From assembly GCA_002714425.1 (NCBI GenBank), contig PAXI01000005.1:100877-164876 (forward strand): a stretch of 64,000 bases of DNA. The letters are read 5' to 3'. Position 1 is the first letter of the stretch. Every line of letters begins with the position of its first letter. Below the pieces are notes generated by a model. That model was not told the origin of the DNA, made no database searches, and saw nothing but the letters and a program-made list of their open reading frames with translations. Positions 48,115 through 58,175 of the stretch are shown in pieces. Made by a program: the position numbers and the translations under genes. The stretch is from Chloroflexota bacterium (GTDB lineage Bacteria > Chloroflexota > Dehalococcoidia > Lucifugimonadales > Lucifugimonadaceae).

Positions 48115-49863
48115 TTATTTTCTAAGAAATTCTGTATCAAGCATTTCGTTTTCAAGTTGCATAACTGTTGGTCTTCCATGCGGACATGTTTGAGGAGAAT
48201 CACATTTTTCAAGCATTTTTATTATATTTTTCTGCTCATCTATCGATAAAGCCTGGCCAGCTCTTACGGCTGAATGACAGGACAAAGATGCGACTATTTT
48301 ATCAAGCCATAAATCGCCGTCTGTCAAAACTATAATTTCATCTAATAAATTTTGAAAGATACTTTGAATATTACCGTTGGCCAAACTTATATTATTTTTT
48401 GTAATTATACTTGGAACTTCCCTTATAGCTAAGGATGTAGTACCAAATGCATCAACCTGCCAGCCACAATTACTTAATTCCTTTTTATATTCGCTCAAGA
48501 TACTTACAGTATCGTTATTTACCTCAATTATTAAGGGGTCCAATAAAGGCTGTGAAGATAGATGTTTTTCCTTTGATAAATCAGTAAAAATTTGCTCATA
48601 TTTTACCCTTTCATGAGCTGCATGTTGATCTATAATGTATAAACCATCGGGACCTTCACAAGCTATATATTTTTTTGAAAATTGCCCAATAACTCTAAGA
48701 ATAGGAATAGTATTTTTCATAGTTTTAGAATATTCTTTTTCCGAGTAAATAATATCTTCTAAGCCTTGAAATTTTTTTTCAATAAAGTCTGATTTTTCTG
48801 ATGAAAACAAATTTATATTTTTTTGAGAATCATATACATTTTTTTCATTTTGTCTAACTAGTTTCACAGGAGATTTCAAACTTATAGTGTTTCTAATATT
48901 TTTTTGAATCATAGAAAAAACATAATCCTCATTTATGAATCGAACTTCTGCTTTATTGGGATGCACATTTGGATCCACTTCACTTAAAGGGGCTGTTATT
49001 CTTATAATTCCAATAGGAAATTTTCTCTGAGGCAAAAGTCCAGCATATGATCTTTCTACAGCATACTTTAATTTTTTCGAATCTATAATTCTTCCATTAA
49101 CAGACAAGATTAAATAATTTCTATTTGATTTATATATAGAAGGTGATCCTATCAAGCCGTTAATTTTATAATTAGAATTTTCATCTTCATCATCAATTAG
49201 AAGTAAATTATTCTTAGAATAAATACCATAAATCATTTTATAGATATCTAAAATATCATTTGACCCACTAGTATCTAGTTTCAATTTTCCATCTGTAATA
49301 AGTTGAAAATCTATATGCGGGTATACAAGACTAAAATAATTAATTAGATTGTGAATTTTTAATACTTCTGAATTTGCACTTTTTATAAATTTAAGACGAG
49401 CTGGTACATTGCTAAATAATTTCATTACTGAAATAGATGTACCAATATTACATGCAATACTTTTTATTTTTTTTTCATTCAAAAATTCACTCTCAAAAAC
49501 AGAACCCATTTTCTCATTTTTTATTTTTGAAATAGCATTTATGATCGAAACAGAAGCTATTGAAGGTAATGCTTCCCCTCTAAAACCTAGTGTCTGAATA
49601 GATGTCAAGTCTGATGAATTATCTATTTTAGAAGTTGCAAATCTCTCAAAAGCTATAGGTAAATCCGAACTTGATATTCCATCGCCATTATCAGTAACCC
49701 TTATAAGCACCAACCCTCCATTTTCTATTTCTATAATAATTTTAGTAGAATTAGCGTCAATTGAATTTTCAACTAATTCCTTAACTACAGAGAATGGTCT
49801 TTCTACTACCTCTCCAGCAGCTATCCTTGATGATAAATTTTCATTAAGTACATTGATTTTCAT
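48115..49863 (-). CDS. mutL: DNA mismatch repair endonuclease MutL
   Basis: IAAGEVVERP..VKELVENSIDA, GFRGEAL, DQHAAHERVKYE, SCH, CPHGRP; ATG at 49863. Confidence 0.98.
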   Translation of the reverse strand: MKINVLNENLSSRIAAGEVVERPFSVVKELVENSIDANSTKIIIEIENGGLVLIRVTDNGDGISSSDLPIAFERFATSKIDNSSDLTSIQTLGFRGEALPSIASVSIINAISKIKNEKMGSVFESEFLNEKKIKSIACNIGTSISVMKLFSNVPARLKFIKSANSEVLKIHNLINYFSLVYPHIDFQLITDGKLKLDTSGSNDILDIYKMIYGIYSKNNLLLIDDEDENSNYKINGLIGSPSIYKSNRNYLILSVNGRIIDSKKLKYAVERSYAGLLPQRKFPIGIIRITAPLSEVDPNVHPNKAEVRFINEDYVFSMIQKNIRNTISLKSPVKLVRQNEKNVYDSQKNINLFSSEKSDFIEKKFQGLEDIIYSEKEYSKTMKNTIPILRVIGQFSKKYIACEGPDGLYIIDQHAAHERVKYEQIFTDLSKEKHLSSQPLLDPLIIEVNNDTVSILSEYKKELSNCGWQVDAFGTTSLAIREVPSIITKNNISLANGNIQSIFQNLLDEIIVLTDGDLWLDKIVASLSCHSAVRAGQALSIDEQKNIIKMLEKCDSPQTCPHGRPTVMQLENEMLDTEFLRK

Positions 49864-49864
49864 A

Positions 49865-51076
49865 TTATAATTTTCTAATTTTAGTCGTAAATATTGTATA
49901 ACCCAAAGCAAAAATAATTAATAATAATCCTGCAAAAAAATAAGCCTGTTGAATACCTAAAATGTCAGCTATGAAACCTAAGGGAATCGCACCTAAGGGT
50001 ATAAGACCAAAATTAATTGTATACAGCCCCATAACTCTTCCCCTGTATTCATCATCTGTATTTTCTAATATAAGTGAAATGTTTAATGCTCTTCTTCCTG
50101 AGTCGCCTAGACCTAGAAAAAGCATTAAAATAATAGCCAATAAATAAGATGAATTTAATCCAGATATCATAATTGTAAATCCTGACAAAATACTAGTAAA
50201 AATTAGTACCCAACCACGTTTATCTTTTTTACTTAGACCTGCTATAAAGAGAGTTCCAATCAAAGCGCCGACTCCAATTACACTTAATAAAAGCCCCAAA
50301 GCTTCTACTTCTTTATTAAAAACTTCTTCAATTTGTACTGGTAAAAGAGTTCTATACGGCATAGATAATAAAGCTGTACTCAGTGCTACAACTAAAAGAT
50401 AGAGAACTGTTCTATTTTTAGCTACATAGCCAAAACCTTCTTTTATATCTTTAAAAAAATTCTTTTTTGGTATTTTTTTTCTCACTGAAGGTACAAATCC
50501 AGTCATCAGAAATGCAAGAAAAGCAAAACCTGCAATTATATAATATGTTACGGCCGCACCAAAATAGCCATAAACCAAGCCTCCAATTCCTGGAGCCAAA
50601 AATGACATCAATGACATTCCTGATGCATTTAGAGCTGTAGCATTGGTAATATGCTCATCATCTACAAGCTCGGGGATAATTGCTTGTCTTGCTGGCATTA
50701 AGAATGCCCAAATAGTCCCTTGTAACAACGATGATACAACTAAGTGATAAATAGTTATGACTTCAAAAGCTATAGAAAAACCTATAAATAAAGCAATTAG
50801 AGTTACACCTAGTTGCCCATATTGAATAATTTTCCTCAGTGATAATCTATCAGCAACTGCACCACCAAAAATTGAGAACAGTAATATAGGAGGCGCAAAT
50901 CCCGACCCCACTAATACAACTGCTACTGGAGATTTTGACAGATCCCATGTCAAGTAACCTCTTGCTAAAATTTGTATACTTATTCCGGCCATAAGAAATA
51001 ATAGCCCTAGCCACAAATTTCTATAAGCTGGAACTGATAAAGAAGAAAAGGTTCTATATGAATAACTTTTTAACAA
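49865..51076 (-). CDS. MFS transporter (DHA3/MFS_3-like)
   Basis: GGAVADR, MPARQA, YRGRVMG; about 12 TM segments. Confidence 0.92.
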   Translation of the reverse strand: MLKSYSYRTFSSLSVPAYRNLWLGLLFLMAGISIQILARGYLTWDLSKSPVAVVLVGSGFAPPILLFSIFGGAVADRLSLRKIIQYGQLGVTLIALFIGFSIAFEVITIYHLVVSSLLQGTIWAFLMPARQAIIPELVDDEHITNATALNASGMSLMSFLAPGIGGLVYGYFGAAVTYYIIAGFAFLAFLMTGFVPSVRKKIPKKNFFKDIKEGFGYVAKNRTVLYLLVVALSTALLSMPYRTLLPVQIEEVFNKEVEALGLLLSVIGVGALIGTLFIAGLSKKDKRGWVLIFTSILSGFTIMISGLNSSYLLAIILMLFLGLGDSGRRALNISLILENTDDEYRGRVMGLYTINFGLIPLGAIPLGFIADILGIQQAYFFAGLLLIIFALGYTIFTTKIRKL

Positions 51077-51090
51077 TAGAATTTTTTTGT

Positions 51091-52314
51091 TTATGAAATC
51101 CTTCTAATAGTACCTGAAAAAATAAATATAAATAGTGAAAAAGCCAATAAAAACACACCAGAAATGAATACTGGTACTTGTGCTCCAAGCGCGCTTATAG
51201 CTAAACCTAAGGGTAGCATCCCTAAGGGCATCAATCCAAATGTCATCATTAGCAAACTCATCATTCTACCCCTGTATTCTTCCTTAGAATTCTCCATAAC
51301 TAAACTTTGCCCAAGAGCCCATCTAGCTTGTTCCCCAAGACCTATACCTATTAGAGCAAATACTCCAGCTATATAGTAAGGCACAGAAGATATTAAGATT
51401 AGTGCCAAACCTGAAACCACAGCCCCAAATATGAGCAAAACTCCTCTATGATTTCCTTTCCTTAAGTTTGCAATTAATATTGATCCTATAATCCCACCTA
51501 TTGCAATAGAGGTCATAAGCATACCTACTTCAGAAGGTAATGACCCATATACATCTTTTGCAAAAACCTGAATTAACATCCTAAATGGCATTGTAAGCAA
51601 TGCTACAACAACGCTATAAAGCAATATGAAATATATTACCTTGTTTGAAGCTAAATAAGACACTCCATCAAAAAATTCTCGTAATACTTTTTTATGTTCT
51701 ATTTGCTTAGGATACATTTTAGGCACTAAAGATGTAAAAAAAACAGCACTCATTAAAACTAACGAGGTTACAAAATAAACACCATAAGGATTTATCCACT
51801 CATATAAAAAACCAGCTAAAGCAGGCGACAATAAACCCATCAAACTCATAGCCATAGCATTCAATGCATAAGCATTTGGCAGGCTTTTTTGATCAACTAT
51901 TGTTGATATAGCTGCCTGCCTTGCTGGCATCATTATTGAGAACATAGCCCCTTGAACAATAGATACTATAAGTAAATGCCACCATAATATTAATTCAAAA
52001 AAAATTAAAAAACCTATTGAAGCAGCTAAAAGAGCATTAGCTGTCTGTGCAATCTGAATAATCAATCTTCTTTCTAATCTGTCACTTATGACTCCTCCAT
52101 AAATTGAAACAAAGAATAAGCTTGGAGCAAAACCCATCCCAACAAATCCTGTCAGAAACGCACTCCCCGTTAGGTCATATACATAAATGCCTCTAATAAC
52201 CATCTGCATTTGTATTCCAGCCATACCAAAAACCACACCAAACCAAAGCATTCTGAAATTCTTAAATCTCAATGACTCAAAAGTATGAGAAAAAAAGTTA
52301 AGTATGAGATTCAA
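51091..52314 (-). CDS. MFS transporter (DHA3/MFS_3-like), tandem paralogue
   Basis: GGVISDR, MPARQA, YRGRMMS; about 12 TM segments. Confidence 0.92.
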   Translation of the reverse strand: MNLILNFFSHTFESLRFKNFRMLWFGVVFGMAGIQMQMVIRGIYVYDLTGSAFLTGFVGMGFAPSLFFVSIYGGVISDRLERRLIIQIAQTANALLAASIGFLIFFELILWWHLLIVSIVQGAMFSIMMPARQAAISTIVDQKSLPNAYALNAMAMSLMGLLSPALAGFLYEWINPYGVYFVTSLVLMSAVFFTSLVPKMYPKQIEHKKVLREFFDGVSYLASNKVIYFILLYSVVVALLTMPFRMLIQVFAKDVYGSLPSEVGMLMTSIAIGGIIGSILIANLRKGNHRGVLLIFGAVVSGLALILISSVPYYIAGVFALIGIGLGEQARWALGQSLVMENSKEEYRGRMMSLLMMTFGLMPLGMLPLGLAISALGAQVPVFISGVFLLAFSLFIFIFSGTIRRIS

Positions 52315-53063
52315 GATAATCTTAAATCTTTTTCTGCGGCAATAATTTCTTTTTCTAGCAATTTAATCTTTTCATATTCTTCTCTATACATTGCATAAAT
52401 TCTATCTAGGTATAATCGTGCTAAATTTATATATTTTTCTCCAGGATTCTTACAAACCTTTATCAATAAATCCACATTTCTGTTTTCAGGAAGTTGTTTT
52501 CCTATTGATAAAATTTTAGCTTCGCTTTCCTTAATTCCGTCTTGATCATTTCCCGAAACTTGATACTGGAATCTACCAATTATGATAGTCAGTTCTGATA
52601 ATAAATCAGCTTCAGACATCATACTATAAACAACATCATTCACATCATCCAATTGATTTCCTGTAATATTTTTTTCATCATTTTGGTGATTTTTATCGTA
52701 TGATTCAGAGTAAACATCTAAGATTTTGGCAACTTCATTCATAAGATTAGTTACATCTGAAAGATTGTGAAACCCTCCAAATATTAGGTCGTCATCTCTT
52801 TTTTTTGCAGTTTCGCTAATCCAATCTTCAGAATCAACAATCTCAGGAGCAGGGGGGAAAGAAAATGAAGACATATCCTTACTTGATAAATTATCAACTT
52901 GATTAGACAGAAAAGGAGGTACGTACTTAGAAATATCTACAGTTATAGGCAGTAGAATTATGTAAGAAGCAGATACTTTATTACTATCAACAGTATCAAT
53001 AAAATATACTATCGCATGACCCTTAGGATGTAATGAATCACCAATCTTGTATTCCAGAGACAT
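52311..53063 (-). CDS. Hypothetical protein with possible C-terminal UVR-like coiled coil
   Basis: 250-aa ORF with normal composition, overlapping the downstream MFS start; C-terminus AMYREEYEKIKLLEKEI. Confidence 0.75.
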   Translation of the reverse strand: MSLEYKIGDSLHPKGHAIVYFIDTVDSNKVSASYIILLPITVDISKYVPPFLSNQVDNLSSKDMSSFSFPPAPEIVDSEDWISETAKKRDDDLIFGGFHNLSDVTNLMNEVAKILDVYSESYDKNHQNDEKNITGNQLDDVNDVVYSMMSEADLLSELTIIIGRFQYQVSGNDQDGIKESEAKILSIGKQLPENRNVDLLIKVCKNPGEKYINLARLYLDRIYAMYREEYEKIKLLEKEIIAAEKDLRLS

Positions 53064-53148
53064 TTTTATTACTTATAAGTTTATAATTTGTTGAATATAA
53101 TAATACAATAATCAATAAATTATTATTATATTAATTTAGGAGAAAATA

Positions 53149-54189
53149 ACGAATTTATATAACTATACCATAAGGCCATTAATATTTAGTCTAGAGCCTG
53201 AGTTGGCTCACAGGGTAACTGAACTATCTTTGAGAATTCCATATATATGGAATTTATTTAATATCAACAAATCTGCTGGAAATAAATTACTCGAGACAAA
53301 ACTATTCGGCAATACTTATCCTTCTCCTCTAGCACTAGCTGCTGGATTTGATAAAGACTGCAATATATTAAATAATGTTATAAAGTTAGGATTTGGCTTT
53401 GTTACAGGAGGTACAGTAACTCTAACTTCTAGACCAGGAAACCCAAAGCCAAGAGTTATAAGAATCACAAAAGATAAAGCTATAATTAATGCTTTAGGAT
53501 TCCCGGGCAAAGGTATTGAATATTCAGTAAAAAATCTAAAAAAGTATCAAAGTATTAAAAAACGAATTATACTAAGCGTTTCTGGAACAATTGAGGATGA
53601 GATAATAGAATGTATCGAATTATCAAAAGATCTTATTTCTGCCTTTGAGATAAATATTAGCAGTCCTAACACATCAGGATTAAAAGTTTTTCAAGAACCT
53701 TCAAGGCTAAGGGGACTAATTGAATCAGTAAAAAAAATTACAGATAAACCAATAATAATTAAGTTCCCACCTTGGAATAATTCCCTTGATAATAAAAAAG
53801 AAATTCTAAAGTTGATAGAAACATCATTAATTACAAATGTTGAAGGGATGGTTATTTCAAACAGCCACCCAAAAGAATCAAAAAGTATAAAAGTTGGTAG
53901 AGGTGGATATAGCGGAGAGCCAATTTTTCCAGATACTCTAAAAATGCTCAGACAAGTTCAAGCTATAAATAATGGCTATGCTGATATAATCGCATGCGGC
54001 GGAATATCTTCAGCTAATGATCTTTGGAAAGTATTAGCTAGTGGAGCAAAATCTGGGCAAATTTATACGTCACTAGTATATCAAGGGCCATCACTACCTT
54101 CAAAAATAAATAATGGTCTAATTAATTTAATGAAAATCGCTGGAATAAATAAAATAGAAGATATAAACGGCGACCCCCCTAAAATATAA
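53149..54189 (+). CDS. pyrD: Quinone-dependent dihydroorotate dehydrogenase (class 2), apparent ACG start
   Basis: LAAGFDK, GNPKPR, INALGF, NISSPNT, GGYSG, GGI, QIYT; the typical N-terminus xNLY..IRPLIFSLEPELAH begins at ACG 53149 behind AGGAG. Confidence 0.93.
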   Translation, partial: TNLYNYTIRPLIFSLEPELAHRVTELSLRIPYIWNLFNINKSAGNKLLETKLFGNTYPSPLALAAGFDKDCNILNNVIKLGFGFVTGGTVTLTSRPGNPKPRVIRITKDKAIINALGFPGKGIEYSVKNLKKYQSIKKRIILSVSGTIEDEIIECIELSKDLISAFEINISSPNTSGLKVFQEPSRLRGLIESVKKITDKPIIIKFPPWNNSLDNKKEILKLIETSLITNVEGMVISNSHPKESKSIKVGRGGYSGEPIFPDTLKMLRQVQAINNGYADIIACGGISSANDLWKVLASGAKSGQIYTSLVYQGPSLPSKINNGLINLMKIAGINKIEDINGDPPKI

Positions 54190-54191
54190 GT

Positions 54192-55133
54192 TTATTTATC
54201 ATAAGAGTTTACAAACTTAACAACTTCTTCTATTGTAGGCATAGAGTTCTGAGCACCTTCGCGAGTTACAGATATAGAAGATGTGGCAATAGCTAACTCT
54301 ATGGAATCTTGAAGGTTTTTATTTTTTACAACTCCATATGCTAGCGCTCCATTAAAAGCATCTCCTGCTGCAACGGATGATTTTGACTTAACTTCATAAC
54401 TCTTAACATGTTCTGAAATATTTTCTGCTTCAACCCAAATTCCTTTTGAACCCAAAGTAATAATCACGTTATTACATCCAAGATTTCTAATATATCTTGC
54501 TGCTTTTTTTGCGGACGGTATATCTTTAACTTCAGTGTTACTGATGCTAGATGCTTCAATCTCATTTGGAGTGATAATATTTATATTTTTATAGAACTTA
54601 ACTAGTTTTTCATTATAAGGCGCAGGATCTAAAATTACTGGTATTTGTTTTTTATAAGCCGTTTTCAAAATTAATCTTATGATTGTGTCAGGTATTTCTT
54701 GTTGTAGTAATAAAACACCTGCATTATCAGAATTTTTTTCAAAATCATTTATTTGAGACTTATCAATTTCATAGTTAGCCCCATAAACCGCATTTACTGA
54801 ATTTTCTCCATCTGGCATTATAAAAATTGAAGCAATCCCAGTTGATATATTATTTGTAATTTTTACAAAAGAAGTATCAATATTTTCTCTCTTTAAGTTT
54901 TTAAGAATTTCTTCACCAAAAATATCTTTACCAACTCTACCTATAAACTTTACTTTATATTCTTGACTAGCTAGCCTTGCAGCTGCAACAGCTTGATTGC
55001 CTCCTTTACCTCCAGGAGCAGTGTAAAACTTATCGCAAACTATGGTCTCACCTAAATTAGGAAACTTCGATGTATTTACAACTAAATCCATATTTAATGA
55101 ACCTAAAACTATTATGTCTTTTTTCTTAACCAT
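54192..55133 (-). CDS. rbsK: Ribokinase (PfkB family)
   Basis: GSLNMDLV, PGGKGGNQAVAAARL, PNEIEA, ITLGSKG, AAGDAF, GAQNSMP. Confidence 0.92.
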   Translation of the reverse strand: MVKKKDIIVLGSLNMDLVVNTSKFPNLGETIVCDKFYTAPGGKGGNQAVAAARLASQEYKVKFIGRVGKDIFGEEILKNLKRENIDTSFVKITNNISTGIASIFIMPDGENSVNAVYGANYEIDKSQINDFEKNSDNAGVLLLQQEIPDTIIRLILKTAYKKQIPVILDPAPYNEKLVKFYKNINIITPNEIEASSISNTEVKDIPSAKKAARYIRNLGCNNVIITLGSKGIWVEAENISEHVKSYEVKSKSSVAAGDAFNGALAYGVVKNKNLQDSIELAIATSSISVTREGAQNSMPTIEEVVKFVNSYDK

Positions 55134-55155
55134 AAAATTCCTAAATCATTTATAT

Positions 55156-55974
55156 CTAAATGGTAAGATTATTTTCATAAAGATTTTCTAAAAAAGAAGC
55201 TAATCCTTCCTCTTCAGGAGGCGGTATGAGTAAATCAGATGATTTAACAACATCTTTATGACCATTTTCTATGCCTACTCCTAAGCCAGCCCAAACTATC
55301 ATATTTTGATCACCTTTACCATCACCTACAGCTACAACATTAGATTTATCGATTTTATAACTCTTTAATAATTCTTGTAAAGCCTTATCCTTACCGGCAT
55401 TTAAATGTTCTATTTCACAAAGCATTGGTAATGAATGAGTAACTAATGCATTATCCTTTAATTTTAACTTCAAATCACAAACAAGATTTGCAACAGTTTC
55501 AGGTTCAGAAACACCGATAATTGCTACAGGACTTGCGCCTTTATAGCAATTTAAATCTTTTGATTCTATAAACTTAATTTCATTTCTTTCAGCGTAATTC
55601 TTAGACCATCCAGATAAATTATTTGAGGATATCATATCATCATAAAATATCATGACTTCAATCTCTTTTTGAAAAAAATAATCAAGCGTTTTACTTACAA
55701 TTTTATTATCTAACTTTAAATATCTAAGTATTTTTTCTTGAGTTAGGTCATAGGTCATAGCACCTTGGAAACATATTAATGGTCCATTACAACCTGACAA
55801 ACTTGAAAACTTTTTCGCAGAACTAAAAGGTCTTCCTGTAGCGATAGAAACGGTAGCGCCTATTTGCTGAATTTTTTTAATTGCAGTTTTTAGTCTTTGG
55901 GAAAGTTTTTTGTTATCACCCACCATCGTTCCATCAATATCTAAAGCAATTAGGGAATATTTATTTTTTTTCAT
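55156..55974 (-). CDS. Cof-type HAD-IIB hydrolase
   Basis: DIDGT, ATGR, K..AL, VGDGKGD. Confidence 0.92.
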   Translation of the reverse strand: MKKNKYSLIALDIDGTMVGDNKKLSQRLKTAIKKIQQIGATVSIATGRPFSSAKKFSSLSGCNGPLICFQGAMTYDLTQEKILRYLKLDNKIVSKTLDYFFQKEIEVMIFYDDMISSNNLSGWSKNYAERNEIKFIESKDLNCYKGASPVAIIGVSEPETVANLVCDLKLKLKDNALVTHSLPMLCEIEHLNAGKDKALQELLKSYKIDKSNVVAVGDGKGDQNMIVWAGLGVGIENGHKDVVKSSDLLIPPPEEEGLASFLENLYENNLTI

Positions 55975-55986
55975 ATAAATATTTTA

Positions 55987-57228
55987 TTATCTTTTTACAG
56001 AATTATCTCTAGATAAAAACATCCGATACTTAATAATTACGACTAAACAAAGTAAAAGTCCTAAAATAGAAAAAATAACTAAAGCTAAATTTGCATTAAA
56101 TATTGAGGCTGTAAAGCCTAAAAGCATTGCACCTAAAGGTGCTGTGCCAATTGATGCCGCTAATACCCCTAATACTCTTCCTCTATGAGCTTTATCTGAG
56201 TTTGAAATAATGATTAGCTTTTGTGTTATCCCAAAACTTGCCATAGACATCCCAGCTATAAACAGGAAAATTATTGCCAATATAAATATATCATTGATAC
56301 CCAATAGAAATATCATTATTAAAAATATGATAGAACCATAAAAATAAAATCTATTAGATAAATGAATATTTAATTTTAAAGATATTATAAATGAAGAGAT
56401 AGTAGCACCTACACCCTCAAAAGATAGTAAAACGCCTACTAAAAAAGGAGTGATTAATAAACTTTCAGCTCCAATAACTGGAACCATATTTCTATAAGAA
56501 AATGCAAAAATATTCATTACTACTGTGATAATCAATGTAGGGAAAATTATATTATTTGATCTTATATATTTTAGACCTTCAAAAATATTAGAAAAATAAC
56601 TACTCAATTTATCATTTGTATGCTCATTACTACTATTAGATTCTTTTATTTTATATGCAATTAGAGATCCAGCTAACATAAGTATTACGCCTGATATATA
56701 TACGGCTTCTATACCTATAGATGACATATATATACCAGCAACAAATGGCCCAATAATTCTACATATATTACTCGTAGTAAGATCTAAGCCAACCGCTTTT
56801 GATAGAATTGACTCTTTTATCTCATCTGATATTAGACCCATTCTTGCAGGAAAATCTTCTGCCCATATTATTCCTGAAAAAAAAGTTCCAAGTAATATGT
56901 GCCATAGTTCAAGAAATTCAAACAATGCTAATAAAAATAATAATAAGTTAATTACTGAAAGACCAAAATAAGATAAAAAAATAATTTTTTTTCTTTGATA
57001 TTTTTCTGAAAAAAGTCCCAATAATGAACCAAATAAAAATAATGGTAAAATGTGTGAAAAACCTACCATAGCTACCCAGAAAGGTGATTCAGTTATTTGA
57101 AAAACAAATATTCCTAGGGCAGTTAGTTCCATCCAGCGCATTATTGCCTGAACAAAACCTATCCCCCACAATTTTCTATAAACTTTATTTTGGAATAAAT
57201 AAATTAATGAGTTAGGTGCATTTTCCAT
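55987..57228 (-). CDS. MFS transporter
   Basis: About 12 TM segments, FPAR, RIIGP, HRGRVLG. Confidence 0.9.
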   Translation of the reverse strand: MENAPNSLIYLFQNKVYRKLWGIGFVQAIMRWMELTALGIFVFQITESPFWVAMVGFSHILPLFLFGSLLGLFSEKYQRKKIIFLSYFGLSVINLLLFLLALFEFLELWHILLGTFFSGIIWAEDFPARMGLISDEIKESILSKAVGLDLTTSNICRIIGPFVAGIYMSSIGIEAVYISGVILMLAGSLIAYKIKESNSSNEHTNDKLSSYFSNIFEGLKYIRSNNIIFPTLIITVVMNIFAFSYRNMVPVIGAESLLITPFLVGVLLSFEGVGATISSFIISLKLNIHLSNRFYFYGSIIFLIMIFLLGINDIFILAIIFLFIAGMSMASFGITQKLIIISNSDKAHRGRVLGVLAASIGTAPLGAMLLGFTASIFNANLALVIFSILGLLLCLVVIIKYRMFLSRDNSVKR

Positions 57229-57258
57229 TATTTAGTGTTTTACTTAGGTCGAAACTAA

Positions 57259-58152
57259 CTAAGAATTCATCTTTCTACCTGTTTTTTTTCTACCATATTC
57301 TGCATACTCTTTTGTAGGCGACCCGGTCATTTTACATCTTAATACATCTAATATGTAGTCTAATCTCTCTTCATCGTTTAAACTTTCATCAAGCCAGCTA
57401 GAATAAAAATTAATACCATTTTTTTCCAAAGCATTCTGTATTTTATTTCTTGCATCATTCATTATTTCTGGATAAGGTGGATCATGAGCATCTGGCTGGC
57501 CAAAAGACATACCCATATCTCCAGGGCCCCACTCAGCAAATGCAATGCCTGGAACCTGTGCAATATCATCAACATTATTCAAGCAATGTCTATCTTCTAT
57601 TTTTAGCCCTAATATTAACTCTCCATCAGGATTTAAAGGCCAAGGATCACACTTATGAGCATACTCAGCGGTTGAAAGCCCCCATATATCATTTGCCGGT
57701 TTTTGCCCCCCTGCCCCTCTTAGTCCTTCTCCAATGATATTTCTTGATAATGTTTGAAAAGGATATCTTGTTACCTGAACAAATGCTTTTACTGCTTCTG
57801 CCGTTCTTGCATGAGTATTTAGTATTCCGTGTACCCCTGCAGAAAGAACATGTCTAGCCTGCCAAGCATTATATCTAACCTCCTCGGCAGATATTGCATT
57901 TGAGGGTAAAGTTGTTACTACTGTAGGAGTAATATGTCCACTGGGTGTGGGGCCACCATCTTTCAATCCTTTCATATAATTTGTTAACCCGACAATATCA
58001 AAGGGGTGATGCTCAAAATCTATTAATAGTAAATCAGCCCAAGTCTGAGAGTCTTTCAGTCCAGCATCATATGATAAATCCGTAGGATGAGTTAGATAAA
58101 TCGGCTGTTTATCTTCCCATAGTTCAATTACTTTGTTAATTCTTCTTGCCAT
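57259..58152 (-). CDS. Divergent HpcH/HpaI aldolase/citrate lyase family protein
   Basis: IDFEH, LSAGVHGI, RYP, KIED, GPGDMGMS; ATG at 58152 with AAAGGA SD. Confidence 0.82.
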   Translation of the reverse strand: MARRINKVIELWEDKQPIYLTHPTDLSYDAGLKDSQTWADLLLIDFEHHPFDIVGLTNYMKGLKDGGPTPSGHITPTVVTTLPSNAISAEEVRYNAWQARHVLSAGVHGILNTHARTAEAVKAFVQVTRYPFQTLSRNIIGEGLRGAGGQKPANDIWGLSTAEYAHKCDPWPLNPDGELILGLKIEDRHCLNNVDDIAQVPGIAFAEWGPGDMGMSFGQPDAHDPPYPEIMNDARNKIQNALEKNGINFYSSWLDESLNDEERLDYILDVLRCKMTGSPTKEYAEYGRKKTGRKMNS

Positions 58153-58175
58153 AATATGATTTCCTTTCAAAATAT

